A DNA stretch of 59,047 nt from an uncultured Bacilli bacterium (GTDB lineage: Bacteria; Bacillota_I; Bacilli_A; RF39; UBA660), in the NCBI GenBank assembly GCA_934096015.1, contig CAKOLD010000004.1, positions 1 through 59,047 on the forward strand, written 5' to 3'. Positions 7,825-17,750 of this stretch are shown piece after piece. Below the pieces are notes generated by a model. It was not told the DNA's origin. It searched no databases and saw only the letters and a list, made by a program, of their open reading frames with translations. The first letter of the stretch is position 1. The number at the start of each line of letters is the position of its first letter. A program made the position numbers and the translations under genes.

Positions 7825-9250
7825 ATTTAATAAATTCAATATATTTTTTATAATCATCAATTAATTCATTTACAAAAACACTTTTATTATTTTTATTAAT
7901 TAATAAATAAATAGAATTTTTAGTTCTTGTTAAAGCAACATAAAATAATCTTCGTTCTTCATCATAAGGGAATTCAACAATATTTTTTTTAATTTTTTCT
8001 AAAACTTTTACATTCTTCTTTTTGTTTGGGAATCCATCTATTTTATTTTCTAAATTTATTAATATAACTTCATCAGCTTCTAAACCTTTACTTTTATGAA
8101 CAGTCAAATAATTTATATTTGATTTAATATTATATTTTTTTATATCATAATTATTTCTACCTAAAATTAAAATATCATCACTATTAATATACTCAATTAA
8201 TTTTTGTAAATCATTTTTATTGTTTTCATAAAAAATTTTTATTGGTTTTAAATTGTTTTTAAAACTTACTAATTCTTTTTTTAATTGATTTTTATTTTTC
8301 ATAATAAAATTACTTGCTATAAAAATTAATTCTTTACTATTTCTATAAGTATTATTTATTGACATAACTTTTCCGTTTTTAAATAATTTTTTAAAATCTA
8401 AAAATAAATTTAAATCACAACCAGTAAATCGATAAATACTTTGCCAATCATCGCCAACAGCCATTATTTTTGCACTACATTGATTACTAATGTTTTTTAT
8501 TAAATTATATCGGCTTAAACTAGTATCTTGATACTCATCTATAATAATATATTTATAATTAAAATTTAATTTATTATTTTCTAAAAATAAAGAAGCAAGA
8601 TTAATCATATCATCAAAATCAACCATATTTAATGATTCCAATTCTCTTTTATAAATTAAAAAAATATCTAAAATATATTTAAAAATATTTTTTCTAAAAA
8701 ACATTTTTGAATATTTAATAACCAATTTATTAAAATCAATATTATTATTTTTAATTAAATGTATTCCAGTTAAAATAATTTTTTTCAAGTAAAGATAATT
8801 TTTATTTATAGTCAAATTATCAAAGTTATTAATTTTTAATAATTTTAAAAATGTTATTTTTCTTTTTTTGTTAAAATAAATATATGATAGAAAATATTCA
8901 TCAATAATAAAATCTAAATAATTATTGTGGATAATTGAATACTTATTAACATTGTTTAAAATTTTAAAACCCAACTTATGAAAAGTATAAACATCAATTG
9001 TATAACCAAGATTTTCTAATTTATTTTTTAAATTATTTACTGTATCATTAGTTAAACTAATACACAAAATATCACTAGGTTTATAATTTAATCTTTCTAT
9101 TAAATATCTAATTTTCCCCAATATAGTAAAAGTTTTAGCACTGCCAGCTCCTGCAATTACTAAAAGAGCATCACTATCATCTAAAACAATATTTTTTTGA
9201 TATTGATCTAATTGCATTCCATTTATGCAAAAAATATTTTCTTGTTCCAT
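7823..9250 (-). CDS. UvrD/Rep-family (SF1) DNA helicase, short form
   Basis: AGAGSAKT (Walker A), IIIDEYQDTS, VGDDWQSIYRFTG, TYRNS, TVHKSKGLEADEV, LFYVALTRTK. 475 aa with no nuclease domain recognisable. Confidence 0.8.
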   Translation of the reverse strand: MEQENIFCINGMQLDQYQKNIVLDDSDALLVIAGAGSAKTFTILGKIRYLIERLNYKPSDILCISLTNDTVNNLKNKLENLGYTIDVYTFHKLGFKILNNVNKYSIIHNNYLDFIIDEYFLSYIYFNKKRKITFLKLLKINNFDNLTINKNYLYLKKIILTGIHLIKNNNIDFNKLVIKYSKMFFRKNIFKYILDIFLIYKRELESLNMVDFDDMINLASLFLENNKLNFNYKYIIIDEYQDTSLSRYNLIKNISNQCSAKIMAVGDDWQSIYRFTGCDLNLFLDFKKLFKNGKVMSINNTYRNSKELIFIASNFIMKNKNQLKKELVSFKNNLKPIKIFYENNKNDLQKLIEYINSDDILILGRNNYDIKKYNIKSNINYLTVHKSKGLEADEVILINLENKIDGFPNKKKNVKVLEKIKKNIVEFPYDEERRLFYVALTRTKNSIYLLINKNNKSVFVNELIDDYKKYIEFIK

Positions 9251-9288
9251 AAAAAACTCCTCTTTTGTAATTGTTACAAAAAGAGGAG
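9251..9288 (-). terminator. addBA terminator hairpin whose 3' arm contains the helicase SD
   Basis: Minus-strand RNA reads CUCCUCUUUUUGUAA-CAA-UUACAAAAGAGGAG-UUUUUU-AUG. The stem is 14 bp with one bulge; the U-tract doubles as the SD-AUG spacer. Confidence 0.6.
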
Positions 9289-9298
9289 AAAAAACTTT

Positions 9299-12200
9299 TT
9301 ATAATTTTTTTAATTTATTTTCCATTATGCTATACAAATATAAATTAACATCTTTCTTTAAAAAATTAGAAATGTATTTTTTATATCCATTAAGTTGTTT
9401 TATATAAGCCTTATCTTCAATGTTTTTTAGTTTGTAATCGACAATATCAACATAATTATCATAAACAATCATCAAATCAATAATACCTGTATACTTAATG
9501 CCCTCATCTTCGTAAAAAAATTCATACTCTTTATATATTTTTCCACTATCAATATTTTTAAATAAATTACTTTTTAAAAAGTTAAGTATATTATTTTTTA
9601 AAGGTTCACTTATTTCTAAATCATCAAAATTAGGATTTTTAAAATTAATATTTTCTAAAACACTGTGTACAAAAATACCGTATTCCATATTATTATATTC
9701 ATCATTACTAATCAATTTTGTAATTTCTTTTGAAAAATGTTTTTCTTCTACATAATTATTTTCTATAAATATATTTTTTATGTTAATAATTTTCTCATTA
9801 TCCACATTCATTATATTTTCACTGTCATTACTAAAATAATATTTTGTTAATTTTAAACTATTTAAGTTGATATCAGTAATATAATCTTTTAAATTATTTT
9901 TAACAGAACACAAAACATCATTAAAACATTTATAATTTAATCTAACATTATCATCAACAATATCATGAATATATTCATCTGTTCCTTTACTTAAATCGGT
10001 CAAAATAATCATTTTTTCTTTACTTCTTGTTAATGCCACATAAAATAATCTTAGTCTTTCACTTATATTTTCTTTAACATAATCATTTTTTGCAAGCGGT
10101 TTTATAAAAGTACTTGTTACACCTTCATTATTCAAAGAAGGTATAATTCCAAAATGATTATCATAGAAAAACAAACTATTTAATTCTCTAATATTAAATG
10201 ATTTATACATAAGTGCCATATAACAAATAGGAAATTCCAGTCCTTTAGATTTAAAAATAGTTATAATTTTAACAGCGTTCTCATTTGAACTCTTTTTGCT
10301 AATCTTTATTTCTTTTAAATTTTCTATAACCTCATCTAAATAATTGCTAACTTCTTCAATACTCATACCCATTAAAGATAAATCTTTTAATAATTTTCTT
10401 AAATAATCAATTACATTAATTTTATCTTCAATTAAATTAGTAAAAATTATTTTGTTGAAAAAATCAGTTTTATCCACAATTAATTCTAAAATTTCTTCAA
10501 TACTCTTTTGAGAAGAATCTTTAGCTATTAAAGCTGCATCTTTAAATAAAGTAGTATTGTAAAAATCATTATTCAAAAACAAAGTATAAATATCATCATC
10601 AGAATATTGGTATAAGTAACTTCTTAAAAGACTAGTCATTACATATCTAAATTCTATATCAAAATTTTTATTTTTAATTTTTAATATTAATTTAATATAA
10701 TTATTTATCAAAAGCATTTCTGTATTTTCAACGATATTATCATCTTTTAAAATACTACAAGGAATTTTATGATAATCCATAACTTTTTTGAAAGTCAAAA
10801 AACTGGTAGTCCTATCCATCAACACTACAAAATCTTTATAAGTACATGGACGGATTTCACTAGAATCTTTATCAAAAATCAAATAATTGTTATCAACTTT
10901 TTTCTTAATGTCACTAGCAATTATAAATGCTTCTATTTCTTCTTTTGTTAATCCAAACTTATTATCAAAACAATAATTATATAATTCTAACTTATTATTT
11001 TGTCGAGTATTACCATTAGTTTCATATAGTTGATTTCCAAAAATCATTCTATGACTTTCTTTATAATTTGCTCCACCAATACTATTATCCATTATCAAAT
11101 CAAAAATAGTATTTATATCATTAAGAATTTCTTTTCTCGATCTAAAGTTTTTATTTAAATCAATTTTAAAACCATCAATAAAATTACTGTAATTATCATA
11201 TTTTGTTTTAAATAAATCAGGATTAGCATTTCTGAATCTATATATAGATTGTTTAATATCTCCAACCATATAAACATTATTATTTTTAATAAGATTAATA
11301 AAATATTCTTGTAAATCATTTGTATCTTGATATTCGTCTATCATAATTTCTTTATAATGATTTTTAATTTCTAATCTAATATTTTCATTGTTTTCTAAAA
11401 TGCTAATTGCCATTAATGCAATATCATTAAATTCATAATAATTGATTTTCTTTTTATAATTTTTAATTTCTAAATCTAATAGTTCAATTATTTTTAAAAT
11501 AACATCAATATAAATTTTTGTATTTAAATAATTATTTATTAATTCTTCTTTTGTATATAATGTTAAATTTTTTATTTCCTTTAAAATTTCATTTATTTCA
11601 CTTTTAATTTTTTTAGCATCATCACTCAAATTTCTTATAGTTGGTAAAGATATATTTGCACAAACTTTTATTTGATCATAATCCATAGCATTAAAAAGTG
11701 GAAGTAATATATCCGCTAATTTTGTATAAATCTCACCATCAACATAAGTACTAAAATCATCAGTTAAATATTTTATACTTTTAATTTTATTTTTTAAAAG
11801 TAAAATATATTTATTAAAACTGTCATCAATATAAGAAACAGAGTAATATTCATTAACATAATTTGATACGTAGTTTTTCATATCTTGTTTTTGACTAAAT
11901 TTTTCATAGATAGTTAAAATACATTTTTTTAATTCAACATCATCTTTAATGCAAAAATCATTTATAAATTTTAAAAATTCATTATCTCTTTTTTTATAAA
12001 AATTTTCAAAGATATTATCTAATATTTTTTCTTTTTGAATATTGATAAAAGTTCCATCAATAATATTTACATTACTGGGAATATTTAATAAATAATGATA
12101 TTTTTTTACGATGCTTAAAGCATAAGAATCAAATGTAGTAATGTAAGCACCATCTATATAATTTAATTGTTCTATTAAATTTTCTTTTTTTAAATGATTT

Positions 12201-12412
12201 CTAATTCTATCTTTCATTTCTTGAGCAGCAGCATTTGTAAAAGTTAAAATTAATAATTCATTAATACAAACACCATTTCTAATTTTTGTAATAACTCGTT
12301 CAGTCAAAACTGCAGTTTTACCACTACCTGCACCAGCAGAGACTATAATATTAGAACCACTTTTGTTAATTGCTTCACTTTGTTCTCTTGTCCAATTTGG
12401 CATAAAATTCAC
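9299..12412 (-). CDS. addA: Helicase-nuclease AddA (AddAB/RexAB subunit A)
   Basis: N-terminal WTREQSEAI...AGAGSGKT, IDEYQDTN, VGDIKQSIYRFRNA, KSKGLEFP, LFYVALTRSK. C-terminal RecB-type nuclease motif GIIDLM...DIVDYK. 1037 aa. Confidence 0.9.
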   Translation of the reverse strand: MNFMPNWTREQSEAINKSGSNIIVSAGAGSGKTAVLTERVITKIRNGVCINELLILTFTNAAAQEMKDRIRNHLKKENLIEQLNYIDGAYITTFDSYALSIVKKYHYLLNIPSNVNIIDGTFINIQKEKILDNIFENFYKKRDNEFLKFINDFCIKDDVELKKCILTIYEKFSQKQDMKNYVSNYVNEYYSVSYIDDSFNKYILLLKNKIKSIKYLTDDFSTYVDGEIYTKLADILLPLFNAMDYDQIKVCANISLPTIRNLSDDAKKIKSEINEILKEIKNLTLYTKEELINNYLNTKIYIDVILKIIELLDLEIKNYKKKINYYEFNDIALMAISILENNENIRLEIKNHYKEIMIDEYQDTNDLQEYFINLIKNNNVYMVGDIKQSIYRFRNANPDLFKTKYDNYSNFIDGFKIDLNKNFRSRKEILNDINTIFDLIMDNSIGGANYKESHRMIFGNQLYETNGNTRQNNKLELYNYCFDNKFGLTKEEIEAFIIASDIKKKVDNNYLIFDKDSSEIRPCTYKDFVVLMDRTTSFLTFKKVMDYHKIPCSILKDDNIVENTEMLLINNYIKLILKIKNKNFDIEFRYVMTSLLRSYLYQYSDDDIYTLFLNNDFYNTTLFKDAALIAKDSSQKSIEEILELIVDKTDFFNKIIFTNLIEDKINVIDYLRKLLKDLSLMGMSIEEVSNYLDEVIENLKEIKISKKSSNENAVKIITIFKSKGLEFPICYMALMYKSFNIRELNSLFFYDNHFGIIPSLNNEGVTSTFIKPLAKNDYVKENISERLRLFYVALTRSKEKMIILTDLSKGTDEYIHDIVDDNVRLNYKCFNDVLCSVKNNLKDYITDINLNSLKLTKYYFSNDSENIMNVDNEKIINIKNIFIENNYVEEKHFSKEITKLISNDEYNNMEYGIFVHSVLENINFKNPNFDDLEISEPLKNNILNFLKSNLFKNIDSGKIYKEYEFFYEDEGIKYTGIIDLMIVYDNYVDIVDYKLKNIEDKAYIKQLNGYKKYISNFLKKDVNLYLYSIMENKLKKL

Positions 12413-12413
12413 C

Positions 12414-14723
12414 TCAATCTAAAAATGATAAATCTTTAATTTCTTCTAAATAAACTTTATCTTTTTCTGACATAAAACATATGTCTTTAAATTTACAAAA
12501 ATCACAACCGTTATTTTTACCAACTACTTTAGGATTAATATCAAAATTAGCTTTTTCAATATTATCTAAAGCCTCTTTAATTTTTTGCTCTGTTAAACTT
12601 ATTAAGTTATTTATTTGAGCTTCAGAAATAACATTCGATTTAGAATAAAAACCATTTTTTCCTAACTTTAACCCTTTAATAATTTCACTATTTTCATAAG
12701 TATCATCAAATTCACTTATTAAAGATTCATTTCCTAAACTATAACCTTGCAATTTCAAATTATTTTTCTTAATTTCTTTTTCAGTTTTTCCATTTTCTTT
12801 TCTAATTTTTGGATTAATAATATGTTGCAAATAAAAACCAACTATTTGTCCATCATTATTATAATTATGTACAAGATATAAATAAACTGGTAATTGCATA
12901 CTAAGACCATAAGGAACTAAACACAAATTTACATCAATAGATCCGGTTTTATAATCAATAATTACATATTTGTTCTTGTTATATAAAATTTTATCTACAA
13001 AGCCTTTAAACTTATTATTATCAAATTCCACAACAATTTCTTTTTCGTACAAAGCCTCTTTATAAATGCTATGGGTATATTGTTGTTCTATAATTTTAAC
13101 AATATCACTTATTTCTGTTTTCAATTCCTCAATAAAATATTTTTCTTTTTCGCTTAAATCTCTATAATTATTTTTTAAGTATCCTTCATATAATTCTAAA
13201 ATATCCTTTTTTGTTTCAAAATAATTTTGCAAACAATAATGAAATAAATTACCAATATATTGACTAAAGTTTTCATTATAAATATCTATTTTTAATACAT
13301 TAGCTAAATAATATCTAAAAGCACATTTATAATAATTATTCATACTACTATAACTTAAAGTAATATCCTTTTTAAAATTAGACAATCCTTTAAATTTATT
13401 ATCATATGTGTTATAAAATTCATTATTATAATTAAATAACAGTTTATGTAAATCACAAGAAATATTTCCATACTTATAATAATCATCTAATAATTTTGCT
13501 AAATCAATTTTATTTACTAAATCACTATATTCTGTAATACAAGTATCTTCTTTTTTAGTTTCCAAACTAAGTTCGTCAATCAAAATACTTGGATAAAAAT
13601 TCTCTTGTAAATATGCTAACTTATAACTAATTGTTAAATTAGGAATAGTTTTTAGATAATAAATACTATTTTCCTTTTCTCTAATATTTTTATCATCACT
13701 AGTATCCATAAAAGAAAATTTAATATTATCAGTAACATATTCTTCGTCTTTATAAATTAAAGGAATACTTTTTAAATTAAATCCAATTAAAAATACGTAT
13801 TCATCACTAGAAAATAAACTGCTAATATCTTTTCTATTAACAGCATTTTTATAAATAGTTTCTTTTAGTTTTGCTCTTTTAAATTCAGATATTAATAAAT
13901 CTTTATATAAAGTGTAATCATTTATAAAAGAAAATTTATTTAATATACTAACAATCATATTTAGAATGTCTTCATTATTATATTTATTTTTTATATATTG
14001 AATAGTAATTTGAATATCAGAATTTAAATTATTTAAAAAATCATAACCAACTTCTGTTTCATAAATAGATGTATGTTTTTTTCTATTATAAGGAATTTTA
14101 TATAATTTAAAAATTCTATTAATTAAGTAATCATAATCATCATTAACATTAGCGATAAATATTTTATTTATATTCATACCATCATTTAATAAATCCAATA
14201 TTTTATTAGCAACAAAATTTATTTCTTCGTTAGCAGTATTAAATTCATAGACATTTGTAACCTCATAAAATTTAGAATTTTTTATTAGTTCATAATTTAT
14301 ATTGTTAATTTGTAATAAAAATTTAGTAAATTTATCTAATAGATTATAGCCGACAAAAAATATTTTTTTATTAATAATATTATTTTTTAACAACAAATTA
14401 TATTTTAATAACTTATTTTCTAAACAATAATTTCTTATATTTTCTAAATATTTTATACGTTCATCTTTACTTTCTTCAAATCCAATATATTTAATATTAT
14501 CTAAAAACATTTTTGCATTTTCATAAGATAAATTAAACTCATTCATAACTTTTACAATAGTTTTATTATCATATGAAAAAGTTAACGCTTCGACTAATTC
14601 CTTAATATTTAAATATTTGATGTTATATATTTTATTATTTTGAGATATTATTTCAATTATTTTTAGTTTAACATCTTGTTCACAAATTATTACAATATCA
14701 TCGTTTAAAAAATCAAATGTCAT
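12414..14723 (-). CDS. addB: Helicase-nuclease AddB/RexB (subunit B, Fe-S nuclease)
   Basis: C-terminal PD-(D/E)xK motif GFVDKI...IIDYKTG flanked by four Cys (YYKCAF...; GCDFCKFKDIC), typical of the AddB Fe-S cluster. No Walker A. ATG 14723 follows SD GGTGAT; the ORF-track TTG 14735 lacks an SD. Lies immediately upstream of addA. Confidence 0.85.
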   Translation of the reverse strand: MTFDFLNDDIVIICEQDVKLKIIEIISQNNKIYNIKYLNIKELVEALTFSYDNKTIVKVMNEFNLSYENAKMFLDNIKYIGFEESKDERIKYLENIRNYCLENKLLKYNLLLKNNIINKKIFFVGYNLLDKFTKFLLQINNINYELIKNSKFYEVTNVYEFNTANEEINFVANKILDLLNDGMNINKIFIANVNDDYDYLINRIFKLYKIPYNRKKHTSIYETEVGYDFLNNLNSDIQITIQYIKNKYNNEDILNMIVSILNKFSFINDYTLYKDLLISEFKRAKLKETIYKNAVNRKDISSLFSSDEYVFLIGFNLKSIPLIYKDEEYVTDNIKFSFMDTSDDKNIREKENSIYYLKTIPNLTISYKLAYLQENFYPSILIDELSLETKKEDTCITEYSDLVNKIDLAKLLDDYYKYGNISCDLHKLLFNYNNEFYNTYDNKFKGLSNFKKDITLSYSSMNNYYKCAFRYYLANVLKIDIYNENFSQYIGNLFHYCLQNYFETKKDILELYEGYLKNNYRDLSEKEKYFIEELKTEISDIVKIIEQQYTHSIYKEALYEKEIVVEFDNNKFKGFVDKILYNKNKYVIIDYKTGSIDVNLCLVPYGLSMQLPVYLYLVHNYNNDGQIVGFYLQHIINPKIRKENGKTEKEIKKNNLKLQGYSLGNESLISEFDDTYENSEIIKGLKLGKNGFYSKSNVISEAQINNLISLTEQKIKEALDNIEKANFDINPKVVGKNNGCDFCKFKDICFMSEKDKVYLEEIKDLSFLD

Positions 14724-14859
14724 TATAATCACCAATAATATTATAACATAATAAAAGGTACTTTCTTTAAGTATCCTTTAATTATTTCACAACTTCTGTA
14801 CTATACCAATAATATGTTCCATCTTGATGTTGTTTGAATGTGCGTTCATATTTTTCTAA

Positions 14860-14897
14860 AATAAAAAAACTATTTAAACAATAAATTAAATAGTTTT
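14860..14897 (-). terminator. Terminator downstream of the murE-vanY-like operon
   Basis: AAAACTATTTAA / TTAAATAGTTTT 12-bp stem (14866-14877 / 14886-14897) followed on the minus strand by a T-run. Confidence 0.65.
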
Positions 14898-14908
14898 AAT
14901 TAAAAATT

Positions 14909-15793
14909 TTATTCACTTGGATATTCACTTGTAATTCCAAAATATTCTTCTAATGTAATAGGATTTCCATTATTATATAATTTAGCAGCTAAATCTTTTC
15001 CTAAATATCTTAAATGCCATGGTTCATATTTGTAACCAGTAATATCTTCTTTTTCTTTAGGATATCTAATTACAAATCCATACTTATAACAAACTTCAGC
15101 AATCCATTTACCTTCGGCAGTATAGGCAAAGTCGTCAGTAACCGTATTAAGATCAAATGCTAATCCAGTTTGATGTTCACTATTGCCTGGTCTAGCAGAA
15201 TATCTATCAGCAGCAGCTTTTCCATCTTTATTTACATAAGAATTATAAAGACCATCTTGAGCAGCATAGGATCTATATCCACTTGCAATATAAATATTTA
15301 ATCCTAAGGCACTAGCGTCAGCTTTCATTTCTTTATAAGCAGTATATACTTCATTTTTTAAACATGTTTGACAATACTTTTGGTTTCCAGGATCACTGTA
15401 AGTATCAGTAGGAATGTAGTCTTTAGGAAGAGAATAAGTTTTATTCACAACTAAGACACCATCAATATATGTGATACCATCTATTTCTTCTATCTTAAAA
15501 CCATTTTTAGTTCTTTTAACATTATCAGTTGTTGTAGTTTGCTCTGAAGTAGTAACAATTTTATCTTGAGTAGTTTTAACATTACTATTTACAGGAGTCT
15601 CCTTTTTTTCCTCTTTACAAATTTTACTACTATTTAACAAAATAATTCCTAGAAATAATACTAAGTCAAGTAAAACAGCCACCAAAAAATATCCTAATTT
15701 TTTTATCTTCATACTTTTTGCTATACCAATCACCAAAATTAATATCATGATAGCATAAATTACATACTTAATAACATCTAAATAATTGCACAT
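14909..15793 (-). CDS. D-alanyl-D-alanine carboxypeptidase, VanY/peptidase M15B family, membrane-anchored
   Basis: N-terminal TM segments. Zn-peptidase motifs SGYRSY..Q, SEHQTGLAFD and EPWHLRYLG. Confidence 0.8.
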   Translation of the reverse strand: MCNYLDVIKYVIYAIMILILVIGIAKSMKIKKLGYFLVAVLLDLVLFLGIILLNSSKICKEEKKETPVNSNVKTTQDKIVTTSEQTTTTDNVKRTKNGFKIEEIDGITYIDGVLVVNKTYSLPKDYIPTDTYSDPGNQKYCQTCLKNEVYTAYKEMKADASALGLNIYIASGYRSYAAQDGLYNSYVNKDGKAAADRYSARPGNSEHQTGLAFDLNTVTDDFAYTAEGKWIAEVCYKYGFVIRYPKEKEDITGYKYEPWHLRYLGKDLAAKLYNNGNPITLEEYFGITSEYPSE

Positions 15794-15810
15794 AATCTCA
15801 CCTCATTTTG

Positions 15811-17289
15811 TTATTTTCTAATAAGTGTTTTTTTATCTTGCAATTCATTAACGATTTCTTGAATTAATTCACGTTCATCCATGTGGTGTCTAACTCCTCG
15901 AATTTCTTGATAATCCTCATGACCTTTTCCACATAGAAGAATAATGTCACCTTCCATAGCATTTTCAATTGCATATCTAATTGCATCTTTTCTGTTAGGA
16001 ACTACAACATATTCGCCGTCAGTTTTATTAATTCCAGTTTTTATATCATTAATAATATCCATAACATCTTCAAATCTGCTATTATCCTCAGTAATAATAG
16101 TCAAATCACTATATTTACCAGAAATCTCTCCCATTTCATATCTTCTTAATTTACTTCTATTTCCTCCACAACCAAATAGAGTAACAATCCGTTTTGGATT
16201 GTATTCTTTAATAGTGGTAAGTAAACTTTCTAGACTCATCGCTTCATGAGCATAATCAATAAGTAGTGTAAATTTATCAGAAATATTGACCGGCTCAACA
16301 CGGCCTTTAACACTAAAATTTTCCAATGTTTCTTTAATGTTTTTTTCAGGAATTTTCATTTCACTTGCCACACTTATAGCACATAACGAATTATAAACAG
16401 AAAATTTACCAGGAGTATACACTGTGTAATTTTCATCGTCATTAACAATAAAATGCATACCAATTTTTCCGTTTTCATGTAAAAAATTATATTCAGTAAC
16501 TTTATAATTAGCGTCAGTTTCAATCCCAAAAGTTTTAATTTTACACTTAGCATTTTTAACCATGTATTGATAATCTTGAGAATCTTTATTTAATATTCCT
16601 ACAGTACATTGACTAAACAATTTGCTTTTGCTATTTCTATAATCCTCATAAGTAGGATGTTCGTTTTCACCAATATGATCTTCACTCAAATTTGTAAATA
16701 TTCCATAATCAAAATTTAGACCTTTAACACGATTATATTTTAAAGCTTGACTACTAACTTCCATTACAACAGCTTTACATCCAGAATCAACCATTTTTCT
16801 CATATATTTTTGAATATCAATACTTTCAGGAGTAGTGTTCATAGTTTTATAATGTTCATCACCAACAAAAACTCCCAATGTTCCAATTAATCCACACTTT
16901 TCTCCAGTAGATTCAATTATATTCTTTATTAATTGAGCGGTTGTCGTCTTTCCTTTTGTGCCAGTAATCCCTATAGTAATTAATTCATTAGCAGGTTGAT
17001 GATAAAAATTAGCTGACATAGTAGCAAGATTTGCACGAGTATTATCAACCTTAATTATATTTGCCTCATCAATTCCTTCTAAATCAATATTTTTTTCTAC
17101 AATAAAATTTCTACATCCATTTTCATAAGCAGACTTAATAAAATCATGAGCATCAAAATTGACCCCACTAAGTGCAATAAATACACTATCTTTATTTGCT
17201 TTTCTTGAATCAATAGTAATATCACTTACATGCTCTTCTGTATTTCCTTTAATTACTTCATAATTAATACTTTCTAAAATTTCTTTCAT
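15811..17289 (-). CDS. murE: UDP-N-acetylmuramoyl-L-alanyl-D-glutamate-(diamino acid) ligase MurE
   Basis: GITGTKGKTTT P-loop and Mur ligase middle and C-terminal domains (DYAHEA..., ITEDNSR...). Diamino-acid specificity cannot be decided from the sequence alone. Confidence 0.9.
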   Translation of the reverse strand: MKEILESINYEVIKGNTEEHVSDITIDSRKANKDSVFIALSGVNFDAHDFIKSAYENGCRNFIVEKNIDLEGIDEANIIKVDNTRANLATMSANFYHQPANELITIGITGTKGKTTTAQLIKNIIESTGEKCGLIGTLGVFVGDEHYKTMNTTPESIDIQKYMRKMVDSGCKAVVMEVSSQALKYNRVKGLNFDYGIFTNLSEDHIGENEHPTYEDYRNSKSKLFSQCTVGILNKDSQDYQYMVKNAKCKIKTFGIETDANYKVTEYNFLHENGKIGMHFIVNDDENYTVYTPGKFSVYNSLCAISVASEMKIPEKNIKETLENFSVKGRVEPVNISDKFTLLIDYAHEAMSLESLLTTIKEYNPKRIVTLFGCGGNRSKLRRYEMGEISGKYSDLTIITEDNSRFEDVMDIINDIKTGINKTDGEYVVVPNRKDAIRYAIENAMEGDIILLCGKGHEDYQEIRGVRHHMDERELIQEIVNELQDKKTLIRK

Positions 17290-17293
17290 AAAA

Positions 17294-17605
17294 TCACCTA
17301 ATTTCTTTATATGTAATTATAAATCCCATTATTAAAGTAAATAATGAGAATACCATTATAAATATAATAATCATATCACTTAAATATTCTCTATCTACAT
17401 ATCTATTAAAAAGTAATGTGCCGAATAAAGACAATATTCCAATAATAATTAAAATTATACCTAATGTAATTCCTTTAGTATTCTTAGTCTTTTTTTTCTT
17501 TTTAAATTGACTTTTTTTTAATAATTCTTTTAAACTCGTTAAATCCAATTCTTGAGGCTGTACTTTTAAAGTAATATTCTCTCTTTTTTTATTACTATTA
17601 GTCAT
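17294..17605 (-). CDS. Small membrane protein, unknown function (first gene of the murE operon)
   Basis: Lys-rich N-terminus followed by two hydrophobic segments. ATG 17605 is preceded by GGAGG with 7-nt spacing. Stop lies 4 nt from the murE start. Confidence 0.45.
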   Translation of the reverse strand: MTNSNKKRENITLKVQPQELDLTSLKELLKKSQFKKKKKTKNTKGITLGIILIIIGILSLFGTLLFNRYVDREYLSDMIIIFIMVFSLFTLIMGFIITYKEIR

Positions 17606-17750
17606 AAAATACCTCCTAAGCAAATTATAAACATCTTTTTATTTATTTGCAATTATAATTAGAAAAACTAATGTTAATTATAGTAAAAAGTGTTAACTAT
17701 CTAAAAAAAGATTGCTTTCTATATCATAGATTACAATCTTTTTTATATTT

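Noticed and set aside
14721-14735. Identical 15-mer TTGGTGATTATAATG at the addB start (minus strand, 14735-14721) and at the GNAT pseudogene start (58192-58206)
   Set aside because: The sequence is simply the preferred SD (GGTGAT), an AT-rich 3-nt spacer and ATG. Ku (46075-46087) uses a similar arrangement. This is most likely convergent translation-initiation context rather than a repeat element.
14736-14859. 20-codon minus-strand mini-ORF (MNAHSNNIKMEHIIGIVQKL) upstream of addB
   Set aside because: It has no SD, no recognisable motif, and lies in the expected addB promoter region.
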